A DNA stretch of 64,000 bases, from the NCBI RefSeq assembly GCF_009914755.1, contig NC_060928.1; one strand, 5' to 3'. The DNA comes from the human T2T-CHM13v2.0 reference genome, Homo sapiens. The position numbers and the translations under genes are program-made. The notes beneath the pieces were generated by a model. It saw only the letters and a list, made by a program, of their open reading frames with translations, did not search any database and was not told the origin of the DNA. This document shows, in pieces, positions 1-16,356 of this stretch; the stretch's first letter is position 1; the number at the start of each line of letters is the position of its first letter.

Positions 1-225
1 AGGGTGTGTATAGTTAACAATAATGCATATTTCAAAATAGCTAGAAGAGAGAATTTTGAATATTCTCATCACAAAGAAATAGTAAAGTTTTGAGGTAATA
101 GATGGGCTAATTATCCTGATTTGATCATCACACAATGTATACATGTATTGAAACGTCACATTGTACCCCAAAAATATATACAATTATTATGCGTCAATTA
201 AAAATAAAATGAAACTAAAAAAAAC
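1..225 (+). mobile_element. L1MA/L1MB-type 3' end with A-rich tail
   Basis: gctagaagagag..ctcatcacaaagaaat..ttgatcat..gtcaattaaaaataaaa. Confidence 0.8.
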
Positions 226-349
226 CTTAAAAGAGAGAGACAAAGGCAATAAAAATGGGCTTTGGAATTTGGGCATAAATATAGAGTAAATTGAGGCAGA
301 AAAATTTGTAACATCTAAACAAGATAAAATCAAGAAGAGTTAGAATTTA

Positions 350-422
350 GAAATTGATAAAATGTAAAAGACACTGTGGAATCTGAAACCCCACAATGAA
401 ATTGGAGATCTTGCTGCTTCTA
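350..422 (-). pseudogene. Dynein AAA1 relic exon: KQQDLQFH / LWGFRFHSVF
   Basis: Pyrimidine tract plus aag acceptor; matches EQLS.Q.HYDWGLRAIKSVL with one frameshift; 3' end uncertain. Confidence 0.65.
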
Positions 423-636
423 CTTGTATGCAAAAAGAAAAAAGAAAGTATGTAACAATACATGAACTTTGAGTTTCTGTTATGAGAAGCTGATGACTAC
501 TGTTCTGTATAAACTGTAATTGGTACTTTCATGGGCCAAGAATCAACATTAAAAAATAAATTGAAAATGCAGAATGGTCACATTTATTTGTGCCTCAAAT
601 TGATGAAATGTTCTCTTAATTTTTGCCTGTTGATAC

Positions 637-806
637 TTGCAGTGTGGGTTTCGATACTCATCTCCTTTCCTTTCAGTGCCCTCGTATGCTTGATTTCATT
701 AATGCTATAAATATGCATTCATATATTGGAAATAGAAGAGGGTGTGGAGGAAAGACAGCAGTGAATTTGGGTAATCAGCATGATAAGAAGCCACAGGCTG
801 CTTTGT
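637..806 (-). pseudogene. Dynein AAA1 relic exon: LPKFTAVFPPHPLLFPIYECIFIALMKS..HTRALKGKEMSI
   Basis: ctttcctttccttgtag acceptor; register match to [40 protein letters not shown]. Confidence 0.7.
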
Positions 807-1117
807 CTACAAGGAAAGGAAAGAGCCAAGGTCCAGGCACTGCTCCACAGGGAACACAGAACAGAGAGAGTAGTGAATGATACTTTGTCTTGTGAAAAAT
901 TAGAGAGTCAAGTTGTTAAAAGAGGGGGATATGGGGAAGGAGGACATTTCTCACATCCATCAGACAATTACTTGTTTATTCATTTGTTTAGAAATTCACG
1001 TGTTTGTTAGTGATGAGATTAAGAAAGAAAATAAAAGACTCTAGAATTTAACACATGATTGGTCTTAAATCAGCCAATATTCCTGTCTCCTTCACTGTGA
1101 TCTCTGATGTACCTGCC

Positions 1118-1636
1118 TGGGGTAGGCTGAATAATACCCTGCACTCCTCCCTCCAAAAGAGGCCAAAATCCTAATTCCTGGAACCTATGAATACAGTAAC
1201 TTTCATAGCAAAAGTAACTTTGCAAAATAGATTAAATAAGAATCTTTAGAAGAGGAGATTACCCCTTACCCGGGATTATCCAGGTGGGCCCAAGGTCATC
1301 AGAAGGGCCTTTATAAGAGGGAGACAGGAGTTCGAGGGGCAATGTGATGATAGAAACAGTCAGTGACAGAATGTGGGGACACTACACAGATGGCGTTGAA
1401 GACAGTGGAAGGGACCACGGGCCAAGGAGTCTGGTGGTCTCTAGAAACTACCAAAGGCAAGGAAACATTTTTTTTTTCTAGAGCCTCCAGAAATCAGCCC
1501 TGATAACACCTTGACTTCAGCCCAGAGAGACTGATTTTGAACCTCTGAGCTCAGAACTGTAAGAGAACAAACTTGTGTGGTATTAAGCCACTAAATTTGT
1601 GGTAATTTGTTACAGCAGCCATAGAGAACTAATACA
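1118..1636 (+). mobile_element. MaLR solo LTR (MLT1D/MLT1C-like)
   Basis: ggattatccaggtgggccc core; ends taagccactaaatttgtggtaatttgttacagcagc..ctaataca. Confidence 0.85.
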
Positions 1637-1719
1637 ATATTGCAAACTGTATTGTAGGAAATGAATAACATATTTGCAAACAGCAGAAATAATGGATTGT
1701 GTTATAACAAGAGGTAGAA

Positions 1720-1910
1720 TTAATTCAGACAGCTACTATGTGCTAAGCAATATGCTAATACCATATCAATGATCACAGCAAGTTCATGAGGTGTGTACTA
1801 TGATTTCTGTCATTCTGTAGATAAGAAAAATAAAGCTTCGAGGGATAAAACAGCTAATAAATTATACTAAGATTCAAAATGTGGTCTAACCCAATGGCCT
1901 ATCTACAACA
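1720..1910 (-). mobile_element. MIR fragment
   Basis: ctactatgtgctaagca..cattctgtagataagaaaaataaagct core-like sequence. Confidence 0.55.
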
Positions 1911-2059
1911 TTCTCTATTACATAATTTCATCAAATGCTTCAAATTCTACAACTGAAAGTGTTTCAGCTAGTGGACAAATGATTTTTTTTTGCTTAAATT
2001 ATAAAGTTTTTTAGAATATATGATGTTCTACAGTTGTTTCGACTTTCAGTGACCGGATT

Positions 2060-2500
2060 TATCAGGTGAGAGTTCAAGACAACTTTGACTCATCCTCTTC
2101 AATTTTCCACCCCAAAGTATGTAAACACACAGAAACTTTTTATTTTTTTTTTACTTTTTCACTTCAACAGCCTACTCCCATGACCACACCCTGGACTTTG
2201 TTCTGAAGCTTGATAGTCACGTACTTTATTTTTCCTTTTAGACCCCTCCCTTTATGCCCTACACTTTAACCTCTGAGGACTCCCAAATGTTTGTCCTATC
2301 AGGGTGAACTCCATGAGCCAACACTTCAACTCTCCTCTTAATTAACATGTTCAACTGCTTGAACCTACTGACTTTCCTCTACACTTGCCTATAATTTGTT
2401 AATCCTGATTAATTCAAGTTTTCTTTTCTTTTTGATACCTGGCCACCAAGGGGAATGACCCAGTTAGGATCTCATCAAATGTATTATTTAACAACACAGC
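2060..2500 (+). mobile_element. L2 fragment
   Basis: ccacaccctggactttg and pyrimidine-rich L2 ORF2-like sequence. Confidence 0.5.
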
Positions 2501-2506
2501 TGATAC

Positions 2507-2723
2507 CTTTTTTTCTGTTCCCCTCAGCCTTCTGCATATTTCACAATGACAGTTACAATTCAGCACTTTACCATTCTCAAGTCTTTTAAATGATAGACCA
2601 TCTCTTCTGTTTTCAAGGAGAATTCTCTCCAGCTTTCTGATAACTCCATATTCCAGTCTCACACAGAGTTTAAGCAGAACACACAGCATGCCACTTACAC
2701 ACAACATAACTAGCCTTCTAGAT
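2507..2723 (-). pseudogene. Dynein AAA1 relic exon (Walker B region): LCVSGMLCVLLKLCVRLEYGVI..FKRLENGKVLNCNCHCEI
   Basis: Inside open ORF 2414..2749; spacing matches GLAQSGAW.CFDEFNRI..EVL..FEG.EI.LNP.CGI; AAG|gtatca donor. Confidence 0.6.
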
Positions 2724-2729
2724 CTGGGT

Positions 2730-3630
2730 TTGGATCTCCCCTCAAGCATCCTAGCCCATCATTCTTCAGTTTGTTGTGTATTTTAACATCTCTTTGTCAA
2801 CTAAAACATAGTGTTCATTCCACTAATAGGTTCAATTAGAACCTATTCAATTCAATAGAACTCAATTCAATAGAATTCAATTCTAATTGAACCTATTGCA
2901 TTGAATAGGTTCAAAAGGTTCAAACTTCCATTTTCAAACAATAAGAAAAATGATGTCATGCCCGATTTCAGCCCTTCTCTTTTCAGCATGGTGCCCTGTA
3001 GTGGTCTTCATCCATTGGCTACACTTCTTCACCTCCCTTCAAATTTCTCAGGCCCATTAGCCTAAATCTGATCTGGAACTGCTCTGTCAAAGATATCCAA
3101 TGAGGATCCACTAATTGACAAATCCAAACAATGCTTGTTTAGTCCCTGTTTGATTTACTTGCCTCTGTTCAGCATTAGAAAGATAGTTTGTACAGCCCCT
3201 CTCTTCTAAAGTGCCTCTTCTCCCTTGATTTCAGTTACAATCTTCTCCTTCAAATCAATTTCTTTTCCCACCTTCTCTGTAAGGATCAGCAGAATCATCA
3301 CATAACTACTGCTCAAGTTAGAAACCTGGGAGCCATTGTTGCATCCTCACTTCCCTCAAATCCCAGTAAATTCCAACTCCAAACACTTACAGAATCTTGA
3401 ATCTCTTGACTCTTCCATTTTTCCAAAGGCTAGAGCAAGCCTCATCATTTCTCATCTGGATTATTGAAACAACCTTTTCACTTTCTAACTCCAGTCTGTC
3501 CCTCCAATTCATTTTCTACTCTGCTGCATTTTTTCAGCAGGTAAAACTGAGCACATCAAGACCCCATTAAAAAACACTTCAATATATGCTCATTGCTTCT
3601 AGATCAAACTTTCCTATCAATATTTCCTCT
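2730..3630 (+). mobile_element. L2 fragment (RT to 3' region)
   Basis: gaactgctctgtcaaaga..ccaatga; agaaacctgggagcca; atttctcatctggattattg. Confidence 0.65.
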
Positions 3631-3634
3631 CTTC

Positions 3635-4150
3635 TTAGAACACTTCAAATAGTTTATTCACCTCCTCTTCTCTCCATTGGTGAGGGAATGATTCCCACCC
3701 TAGGGGAAAGGGATGGCCAGACTCATGGCACTTGACACGGAAGTTTGACAGCAGTTTATTAGTCACATGTCCTCCCAGCCAAGGGAGAAGGAAACTGTGT
3801 GCCACACAGGGCCACACCGGGATGGAACTCAGGAGCAAAGTGAAAAAGCAGGGACTATGGGAACCAGGGTCTGCAATTACCAAAGGATGGGGGGAAGCTC
3901 CCTGTTTCCCACAGGAGGATGTGATTGTTTGATTGAATAATTTTGCTGGCTGACTAGACAGTGAAATCCAAAAGTTAAGTGCAACTGGTAGGGCTGATAG
4001 AGAAAGAGCTAGGTGGGAAGGCTTTGGAGCTGGGTGCAGAGTATATCTGGTGAGAGCCCAGAACTACTGGTTAGGTCTCTGGGGCCCCAAGAGCCTCAAA
4101 GCAGCCTCAACTTTCACATGGAGCAAGCACATGAAATTTTCAGCCTTATG
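3635..4150 (-). mobile_element. ERVL LTR (MER73/MER74/MER88-like clade)
   Basis: tttattagtcaca (polyA signal on minus strand), gccacacagggccacac motif; adjacent to ERVL pol relic. Confidence 0.55.
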
Positions 4151-6010
4151 ATACAATGCCTTTCTATCCACTTAAAATTTGATGATGTCTGAGACTTACT
4201 GAGAGTAGGAGGGCTTTCCTAGGAAGCAAATCAGGTATTTGACCAGGAGGGAGAGGATCAAATAGTGAGATGGAAATCAAGAACATAAAATTTAGAGGTG
4301 CCCCCATTATGACCAATAAAAACAATTGAGGGACTCCTGTGGCACTGGTATAGGGAGTGCGAGTCCCCAGCGGTTGTGAATTTACATTAATCAATGCATG
4401 CATGTAGCAGTGGTGACACCCATGAGGGCATCTATTTGCCACATTGTAACTTTAATAAGAGCTCTTTGAACTGCCTGTTAGGTCTCTTAAATTAAACTGA
4501 CTGGTACCGATATATAGGCAAGGTGGAAGTTCCACTGAATGCTTTCTTCAAGAGCCCACTGTTATATATTCTGAGAAGTAAAATGCACCTTTCTCACATT
4601 CATTAATGTCTAGAACTCCAAAGGGGATAAGAAATGTCCTCGTGAGGGCTTGTATTATGGCCTTAGTATGTATAGAGGTATCTATTACCTTAATTTATAT
4701 TTTGGGTATCAGTAAGAAAGGAGATTTCCAGAGTTTTTTACCCCAAAGGAAGGAACTCATAGGCCATGGCCCGAGAATGGCCCAAGATTATGTAACAGTG
4801 GACAGATGGGACCAGTTCTCAATGAGGGCATCTAATGCGGAGATGACTTTCAAAGTTTAGCCAACAGTGCTGATGCTTGGGTTCCATCCTCTTTCAGAGA
4901 CACCCTGGTTAAAGGATGGAAAGTCGCCACATTCCACTGAGCTCTAGCACATATCGTGGTGGTGATTCCATTCATTAAATCTATGAACTCCCATTTCTGT
5001 TCACTCAGTTGATCCCAGAGGCTCCCCAGGTAGTGTGGAGGCCTTCTCCAGCAATGTGGCATCTGGCAAGAGACTCAGGACAGGGGAGACCACCTCTTTC
5101 TACAAGTGAACTATGCCAGAGAGCCCAAGTTTGGCTCCATCCTGCATCCAGGAGGCCTTGGTAGCGGAGCCAGGCCGTGGAGTGTTGCTTCCATGACCAA
5201 AGCATAATGGGCAACTGGATAGAAAAGGTCACAGGCTTGGGGGCTGTGAGAGCCTCTGTTTTCAAGAGAGCCCAGGATGTGGCCAGTAAAATGCCAACAC
5301 AATGGTGTACAGTACAGGGCTGAAGAAGGGCAATATTTTGTATCAGAAGTCATGGACAAGTTATGGCCATCACAGGTGGTTCAGAGACTTCATGAGGCAT
5401 GAGAAGAGGTTGTTAAAGCCTCTACAGTGAAGAAGTCCCTGAGGGCACTAACAGAGATGCCTGCCCATTTCAGTTTGGACAGATTTTACAGCATTTGTTG
5501 GAGGGGGCCCTGTTTAAGGTGGGCTGATTTGCAAGTAAAAGCATCAGCGAGATTAAGTAAAATTTGTAAATGTGGAATATGTTGCCTCCAGAACCCAAAA
5601 GGACTAAAAGATGTTAGAAAGGGACAGTTATGTTCCTCTGCTCATCTTGACAGCATCAGAGATGGAGCAGTCCTCAGTTCGCCAAATAATTTTCAGGAAT
5701 TTAACCAAGGTGGCAGGGTCTTATACTTATGCATGAACCAATGGTCCATCGCCTTTTTAAAGCTCCTTTATGAGTATTTGCATGTCTTGAATGAGTATCC
5801 CAAATGAATCTCTGCAGAGGAGGATATCATCAATGTATCGTACCTGTGCTTCTGGAGAAGGGTAGAAGCAGTTAAGATCTTGTCTGCAAAGACTGTGTGC
5901 AACAGAAGGCTGCTGAGGTATATCCACGGATGGCCTGGTAGAGGCGTATTATGTCCCTTCAGAAGTGAAGCCAAACTGCAGTCAAGAGGCTGGTGAAATA
6001 CACACCGAAC
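4150..6010 (-). mobile_element. ERVL internal pol relic (RT, RNase H, integrase)
   Basis: VRYIDDIL with YIDD at 5826-5837; TEALT..PVT....LPIMLW; WNVATFHPLTRVSLKEDG..ALLAKL (RNase H); integrase-like LINVNSQP. Confidence 0.8.
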
Positions 6011-6261
6011 AGAAAATGTTAGTGAAATCTATTATAGCAGATTTTTTTAAAAAACAAATTTCTGGTTGGATAGAATCAGTAACTTTTTTTTGAGCATTAT
6101 GTATGAGAGCCTTAAAGGGGCCCACAGCATTAAGTTTGTGAGGAGCCATTCATTCTTTCAAGGTTTAAGAACACAGCAAATAGGGCTGTTACCCACTGTT
6201 ACCATATTGTTTTAGTTTTGATTTTTCTCTGACTCCAATGTGATTGTTTCAAGAGCTTTAC

Positions 6262-6349
6262 CTGACATGTGGCTTTGTAAGAAAATTCAATGCTACTTAT
6301 TTCTCCAGCTACAATAGGTTTCTACAAAGCCCAGATAATTGCATGCTTT
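6262..6349 (-). pseudogene. Dynein AAA1 relic exon: KHAIIWAL*KPIVAGEISSIEFSYKATCQ
   Basis: CAG|gtaaag donor; matches LAKALGK..VVFNCS..LDYKAMG. Confidence 0.7.
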
Positions 6350-6619
6350 CTTAAAATTAGGATGCCAACAATTTTTATTTTTTACAAAGAGAGTTCATTC
6401 TCTATTAATTTTGTTTAGGTTTGAATTGTGTAGTCATAACTTCAGTATTAAATTTATAAATCAGAAATAAACCTATGGTATTAATAAATTCATATGTGTA
6501 TCTATGAAAAAGTGATTATGTCAATAACAATTTATTTACAGAAACAAAGGAAACATTTCCTCATTTAAGAATACATTCAAACAAAACCACAGATGCACGT
6601 ATAAAATTAAAATGAGTAC

Positions 6620-7052
6620 ACTCCATCTGTGATATATCTGCCACAGGCTTTTCAACACCAGTTGACTGGTCAGTGAGAGGAAACATTGGGGTCTAAGAAT
6701 ATGCCAGTTCCATAGAAATTCTTTCCCCAAATAGTCGTGAACAAACTGCTTGGCCAACAGATACACAACAGACCTCAGGATTTTAAGTTGCAGAGCAACT
6801 GTCTTCAGTGGTTGGCATTTCTTAAATACTTAAATCCTTCTTTGGTTCAACAGCTGATTTCCTCCTTTGTCATATTCTTTCCTATTTGTTTTCCCAGGGA
6901 GTGACAGCCACGTCTTTCCACATTAGACTTCTTGGGTAAGCAGCTTCTGAAATTGTCCCACAGCAGTCCATAGCTGTCCAGCGGTGACCTCTTTGCTTGC
7001 AAGTTGGATATCCCTTTTGACAAATATCTCTATGAGGCATGTATAATGTAAA
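6620..7052 (-). pseudogene. Dynein relic exon(s), linker into AAA1: LHYTCLIEIFVKRDIQLASKEV.. and YLGKEFL..RPQCFLSLTSQL
   Basis: tttctcttaaag acceptor; matches LTALITIDVHARDIV..L....V and YGYEYLG..TPLTDRCYLTLTQAL. Confidence 0.75.
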
Positions 7053-7556
7053 CTTTAAGAGAAACAAAACACTGTGCATTTTTAATTATGTCAAATAAGT
7101 CTTAAAGCCATTTTAAATGTTCAATTATTTCGGTAGATTACCCTTTTCCCTTTAGTGGAGAAAAATAAATAAAATAATGTAGAAAATCAAACTGTTTCAA
7201 CTAGTCAATATGTTATCCTTTATTTCAACACAATTTAAAACATTAAAGCCTTCAGCCATAGAAAAGATGCTTACATTTTTAAATAATGCCTTAATAGTGT
7301 AAATGCAAATAAATAATTTCTTCTTCTTTCCATTAGCATTCAGTAATGAGTTTTTACTGTGCTATATCACTTTAAATGGTCCCTATGACCATTTAAAAAT
7401 TTCATTTATTTCCTTAGCCATCCCACAAATTAAGAGATTTATGTTGTTTCCAATTATTAGTTATTATAAATAACAGGATGAATATGATTTTATACATGTC
7501 CTCAGAGTAAAGTAGAATAGGTCAAAGGATATGAACATTTTAAAGCGTGAATATTT

Positions 7557-7877
<321 letters not shown>

Positions 7878-8082
7878 TGAACATTTAAAAGTGTGAACAT
7901 TTAAAGTGTGAAGAAACTGGTACACTTAGAAATGAATCCAAAGATTTGCAAATCTACAGACAATAGATGGCCTGGAATACAGGACACCTTGTTTCAGGGA
8001 TTTAAAATCAATTAGGGTCACCTTTAGTGCTCTGGGTAAAAATATACTAAGTTCATATGTACATATTTTTTTAAGCCACTAT

Positions 8083-8115
8083 ATCACTTCTCGGCCTTTG
8101 GCTAAGATCAAGTGT
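8083..8115 (+). pseudogene. Tailless 3'-truncated U2 snRNA retrocopy (U2 nt ~1-34)
   Basis: atcacttctcggcctttggctaagatcaagtgt; flanked by aagccactat (8073-82) and aagtcactat (8119-28). Confidence 0.9.
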
Positions 8116-8659
8116 TTAAAGTCACTATGTTTTGTAGTAATTTCTTACCCAGCAATAGATAATTGACATACATTTTGATTTGGGATTTTGGAAGCAGAGC
8201 ACATCCAAGTGCAGCTGTGAAACTGAAGGACTGAAGATGAATAGAGGTGAGGATCAACAGATGTGAACAGGTCACAAAACAAGCATTAAGCAATATGTGA
8301 AGGTGTAGGATAAATAGAGAAACAGGTGATGATGTCTCCCAGGGTAATGACAGGACTTGAAAAAGAAGCACAAGTCCAACTGGATCCAAAGTCTTGATTA
8401 AACAAAGTAGGTCAACTCAAATGTCAAGAGCTTCAAAAGAGCAGGACTTTTTATAAGAAGAAGGAGTGATCATTTGGCAGCCATATCAGGACCCAGCCAA
8501 AAGATTGCTCACCCCTCTTCCCAACTTCAGCTACATGTGGAAGTGGGCTCCAGACAAATGTGAAAATGCATGAGACACTCGTTTTAACCATATGACCCTT
8601 GGTGAGGCACAGTAAGGCCAGATGCGAGCGAGAGGGAGGCTGGAAAGAGTTTTTCAATT

Positions 8660-8995
8660 TTGTTACTCAGAGTTCTCTGAAGGAACACCACCTGGAGGGT
8701 CACTCAGAGGAAGCACGGGTTTGGCCAAGAGGCATGAGAGAGGCACCTGCCAATAAGTGGCTATATTGTGGTTCGTGAAAGGGAACATGGAAAAGAAAAA
8801 GCAGTTTGGATTGGCTAGTTTGAGTAATTTCAGTGGGTTCTGGGGCCGAGGGGCTGCCCCTGATTGTCTGGTATCTGGCCCTGTGGTGATTAGGTGGGTG
8901 CATACAACCCCATATGGGAGATGGATAGGCTTAATGGGCTTCTCATAAAAGGAAGCTGGCCAGCTTCCAGCCAGGACCTCAAAACTGGGTCAAGA
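8660..8995 (-). mobile_element. ERVL LTR fragment (MER54/MER74-like)
   Basis: gattggctagtttgagtaatttcagtgggttctgggg..ggggctgcccctgattgtctggtatctggccctg motif. Confidence 0.55.
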
Positions 8996-9001
8996 AAACA
9001 T

Positions 9002-12816
<3,815 letters not shown>

Positions 12817-12842
12817 TCAAGACAACATTTTTAAAAAATGGC

Positions 12843-12961
12843 TTTCAGATGGGGGTCTCACTGTGTTGCCCAGGCTGTACCGAAACTCCTGCACTCAAAG
12901 GATCCTCCCACCTCAGCCTCCCAAGGAGCTGGGTCTATGGGCGCACACCACCAGCCTAACC
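12843..12961 (-). mobile_element. FLAM/Alu monomer
   Basis: ggtctcactgtgttgcccaggctg..cctcagcctccc. Confidence 0.85.
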
Positions 12962-13884
12962 TGACAGCATCTAAAAAAACTAATTTGTAACACTGTATTA
13001 CTTTCCAGGCACTAACCTCATCCTCAATAAATCAGTCTAACTTTGTTATAATAACTTAAGAGTCTTAGTCTGGTGTAAATTTTCTAAGGAAGAGAAGTTC
13101 TGTATTTCATATTCCTGTATTGCAATATTTTTTAACAGGTATTTTCTTCTCCACTCTGTACAGAATGAAAGAAATGTCATGTTGCATTATGTTTTTTGAT
13201 GAAATCATATCCAGTTTTCAGACCTTTCAGGAGAATAAGCTTTTTTTTCCTTTTTTTTTTTTTTTGTTCTTATGAATTTCTTCCTTCACTGGCCTTATAC
13301 CCGGATTTACGGGCCAGGGAACCCAGGCAAATTTCAGGGAGGCCTCCTCTGGTCGGTAGTCCACTGCGGTTCACCATGAGACTCATTGTTCTAATCCCCA
13401 TGGTCCATTACAAAGAAGAGGCACCCACTACTTTCACTGCAGCTTCCAAGGCCATGATGCTTAATGCTGAGTGCTCAGGAGTCTATGTCCAGGCCTGCTA
13501 TGCCTTGACACTGTTCTGTCCTGCATGAGTGTCCTGGCCAATCACAGAACCCACCACCCACCTGCTTTTCCAGGCTCTGAGAACTCAACTCCTTCTCAGG
13601 CTAAGACCAGCATCTTCCTCTAGAAGCACAAGCCCCATCTGATGCTTCTAGAATTATTTCCATCATACGTATAAAACTGTATCATTTTGAGGGTTTTTAC
13701 ACCTATACTTGCAATTTTTTTATTCTTATAATTCAGAAATACAAAGTGAATTTCTCTCTGAGATAGAGGAAGTCTACTTATAATAAGACTTAGCTAGACT
13801 TCCTGAGAGGTAGAAGGGAAAACTTGTATTTTTTTAACACACCTTAAGAGGAAGGGAAACATTTTTTATTCATTTTAAAATGTC

Positions 13885-14257
<373 letters not shown>

Positions 14258-14393
14258 TCAGCACTGCATTGAGATGGGGTTGTAAAGTTTACCTAAGATT
14301 TATCAAAGTTACTGCCTGGGTGCAGTTCACTCTGGAGAAAAAAAAACCTGGTGAGACTCTGAGATCTGTACTATTCATTCAATAATAAAACAT

Positions 14394-14694
14394 CGGAGGG
14401 AGGTGGGGAGGGTTAATGGGTACAAAAAAATTAGAAAGAATGAATAAGACCTAGTATTTGCTAGCACAACAGGGTGACTATAGTCAATAATAATTTAATT
14501 GTACATTTTAAAATAACTAAAAGAGTATAATTGGATTGTCTGTAAGACAAAAGATAAATGCTTGAGGGGGTGATATCCAATTTTCTGTGATGTGATTATT
14601 ACATATTGCATGCCTGTACCAAACTATCTCATGTAGCCCATAAGTATATACCTACTATGTACCCACAAAAATTAAAAATAAATTTTTAAAATTA
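14394..14694 (+). mobile_element. 5'-truncated L1MA1-3-like 3' end
   Basis: gcacaacagggtgactatagtcaataat; TSD aataaaacat at 14384-93 and 14695-704. Confidence 0.9.
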
Positions 14695-16148
14695 AATAAA
14701 ACATTTGAAAACATTAACTTGATGGTAGATTTATATAATTTAATTGTTAAGAGAAAAAGCATCTATTTTATTTAAAAATTAATAATATATTGTATATATG
14801 ATATTATTCACCATTTATCTAATTAATCCTGTTATTCCACTCCCTAATGCTCACACCACCACCAAGATTTTTCCAATGTTAATATTTTTACATATTGTAC
14901 CATATCTTGTGTGAAGAAATAAAATTACAAGCACAGTTGAAGCTCTTATTTTCCCTTCCTCAATCCAATTCCCCAGACCTCTTCCAGTGATTCATCTGCT
15001 GTCTTCTAGGATGTGCGTTCTTAGGTCTGAAGGCTTCCGGATTAGTTTTTCTGGAGAAAAGTGGGGATGGGAAAGTAGGGTCTAACTGCACCTTAGGGAT
15101 TCTTTCATCCTGGTTTGAAGCCCCTAACTCACTACATATATCCATAGTTTGCCAATTAACAGTATTTGTAAGGAAGTGACTGGTGCCTCCAATTCCTGAG
15201 CCTCCCTGGGCTCTAAGACAAATCGTTTGCATGTCATCAGCATCTCTTTCTGAAGGGGTTTCAGTTTTGATTTGCTCTGCTCTTCAATTTAGTTACATCA
15301 CTACTTCATCTGTTTACCATTTCCAACAACCTTGTTGATTTCCAGCATATTTTACTATCTCTTACTCCAATCTTTGTCCTGTTAGGTTTGTATTATGATA
15401 TTTGTGATGTTTTCAAAAGAAAAATCATATGTTAAATCAGCCAAGCTCACTTAGAAACTTGTTTAAATAAGAAGCTGGATCAAGTGTGATGATGAAGTAT
15501 CATATAAATAAAAGACTCAGTACTTCAATTCCAAGTTAACATAACAAAGAATTTTTCATTATAGTTTCACCCTTTAGATATGGTTCTGCTACCAGACACT
15601 GGGACAGCCATGATTTTTGTTCTATTTACCTATATTTGCTATTTGGAGGATTAAAACATTAGACTACATTAAACACAGACTCTACAGAATAGGTAATACG
15701 GGTCTTGTGGGGTCATTTTGACAACTAAAGAAAAGACTTATCCTTGTTATGAACAAGTGTCCTACCCTACAGGCTATATTTAATTCTAGCATCTTCTGCT
15801 GTTGTATGATCTAGTACCCATTAACAATATGAAGAAATCTTTGACATTAGTCTTATATTTATATTATTTATAAGTATTCACAATCTCATTTATAATGTTG
15901 TTAATAGATGAAAAAATGGAACGTTGAGTCATTATCAACTGAATTAAATCAATATGTAGAGATAATTGCTTGGGCTTTTCATTTTAAGCCTAGATACAAT
16001 CTTAGATTGCCCCAAATTAAAGGTATACAGTATAAAAATATGTAAGTTAGGTTCGTCCATTCATCCATTTAGTTATTCTTCCAACAAACATTTCTTGGAC
16101 GCTTGATGTATTAGGAACTGATCTGAGAAATCAATGTATGACTTCAAC

Positions 16149-16356
16149 CAGAGGTGTCCAATCTTTTGGCTTCCCTGGGCCACACTAGAAGAGGAAGAAT
16201 TGTCTTGGGCCACACATAAAATATACTAATACTAATGAGAGCTGATGAGCTAAAAAAAAAAATCACAAAAAAAATCTCATAATGTTTTAAGAAAGTTTAC
16301 AAATTTGTGTTGGGCCACATTCAAAGCCATCCTGGGCCACAGGTTGGGAAAACTTG
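16149..16356 (+). mobile_element. MER30 (hAT-Charlie MITE)
   Basis: cagaggtgtccaatcttttggcttccctgggccaca..; 8-bp TSD acttcaac/gcttaaac. Confidence 0.9.

Noticed and set aside
2439-2506. DEILTGSFPLVA as the dynein LKALFRPVA motif
   Set aside because: A better register match occurs at 637-806, and this stretch resembles L2 beyond the donor at 2505-06.
6898-6935. Plus-strand 38-nt micro-exon (ttttcccag..TGG|gtaagc); similar candidates at 2034-2065 and 15578-15691
   Set aside because: Splice-like pairs arise by chance; no coherent frame or supporting evidence.
6510-7052. Terminal exon of a novel gene (stop plus AATAAA at 6531-36)
   Set aside because: Dynein similarity continues past the stop and through four more exons; AATAAA is common in AT-rich DNA.
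13260-13630. GC-richer island with CCAAT (ggccaatca) and ETS-like sites as the DDX60 promoter
   Set aside because: No CpG island, clear ISRE or first-exon evidence; may be old LTR sequence.
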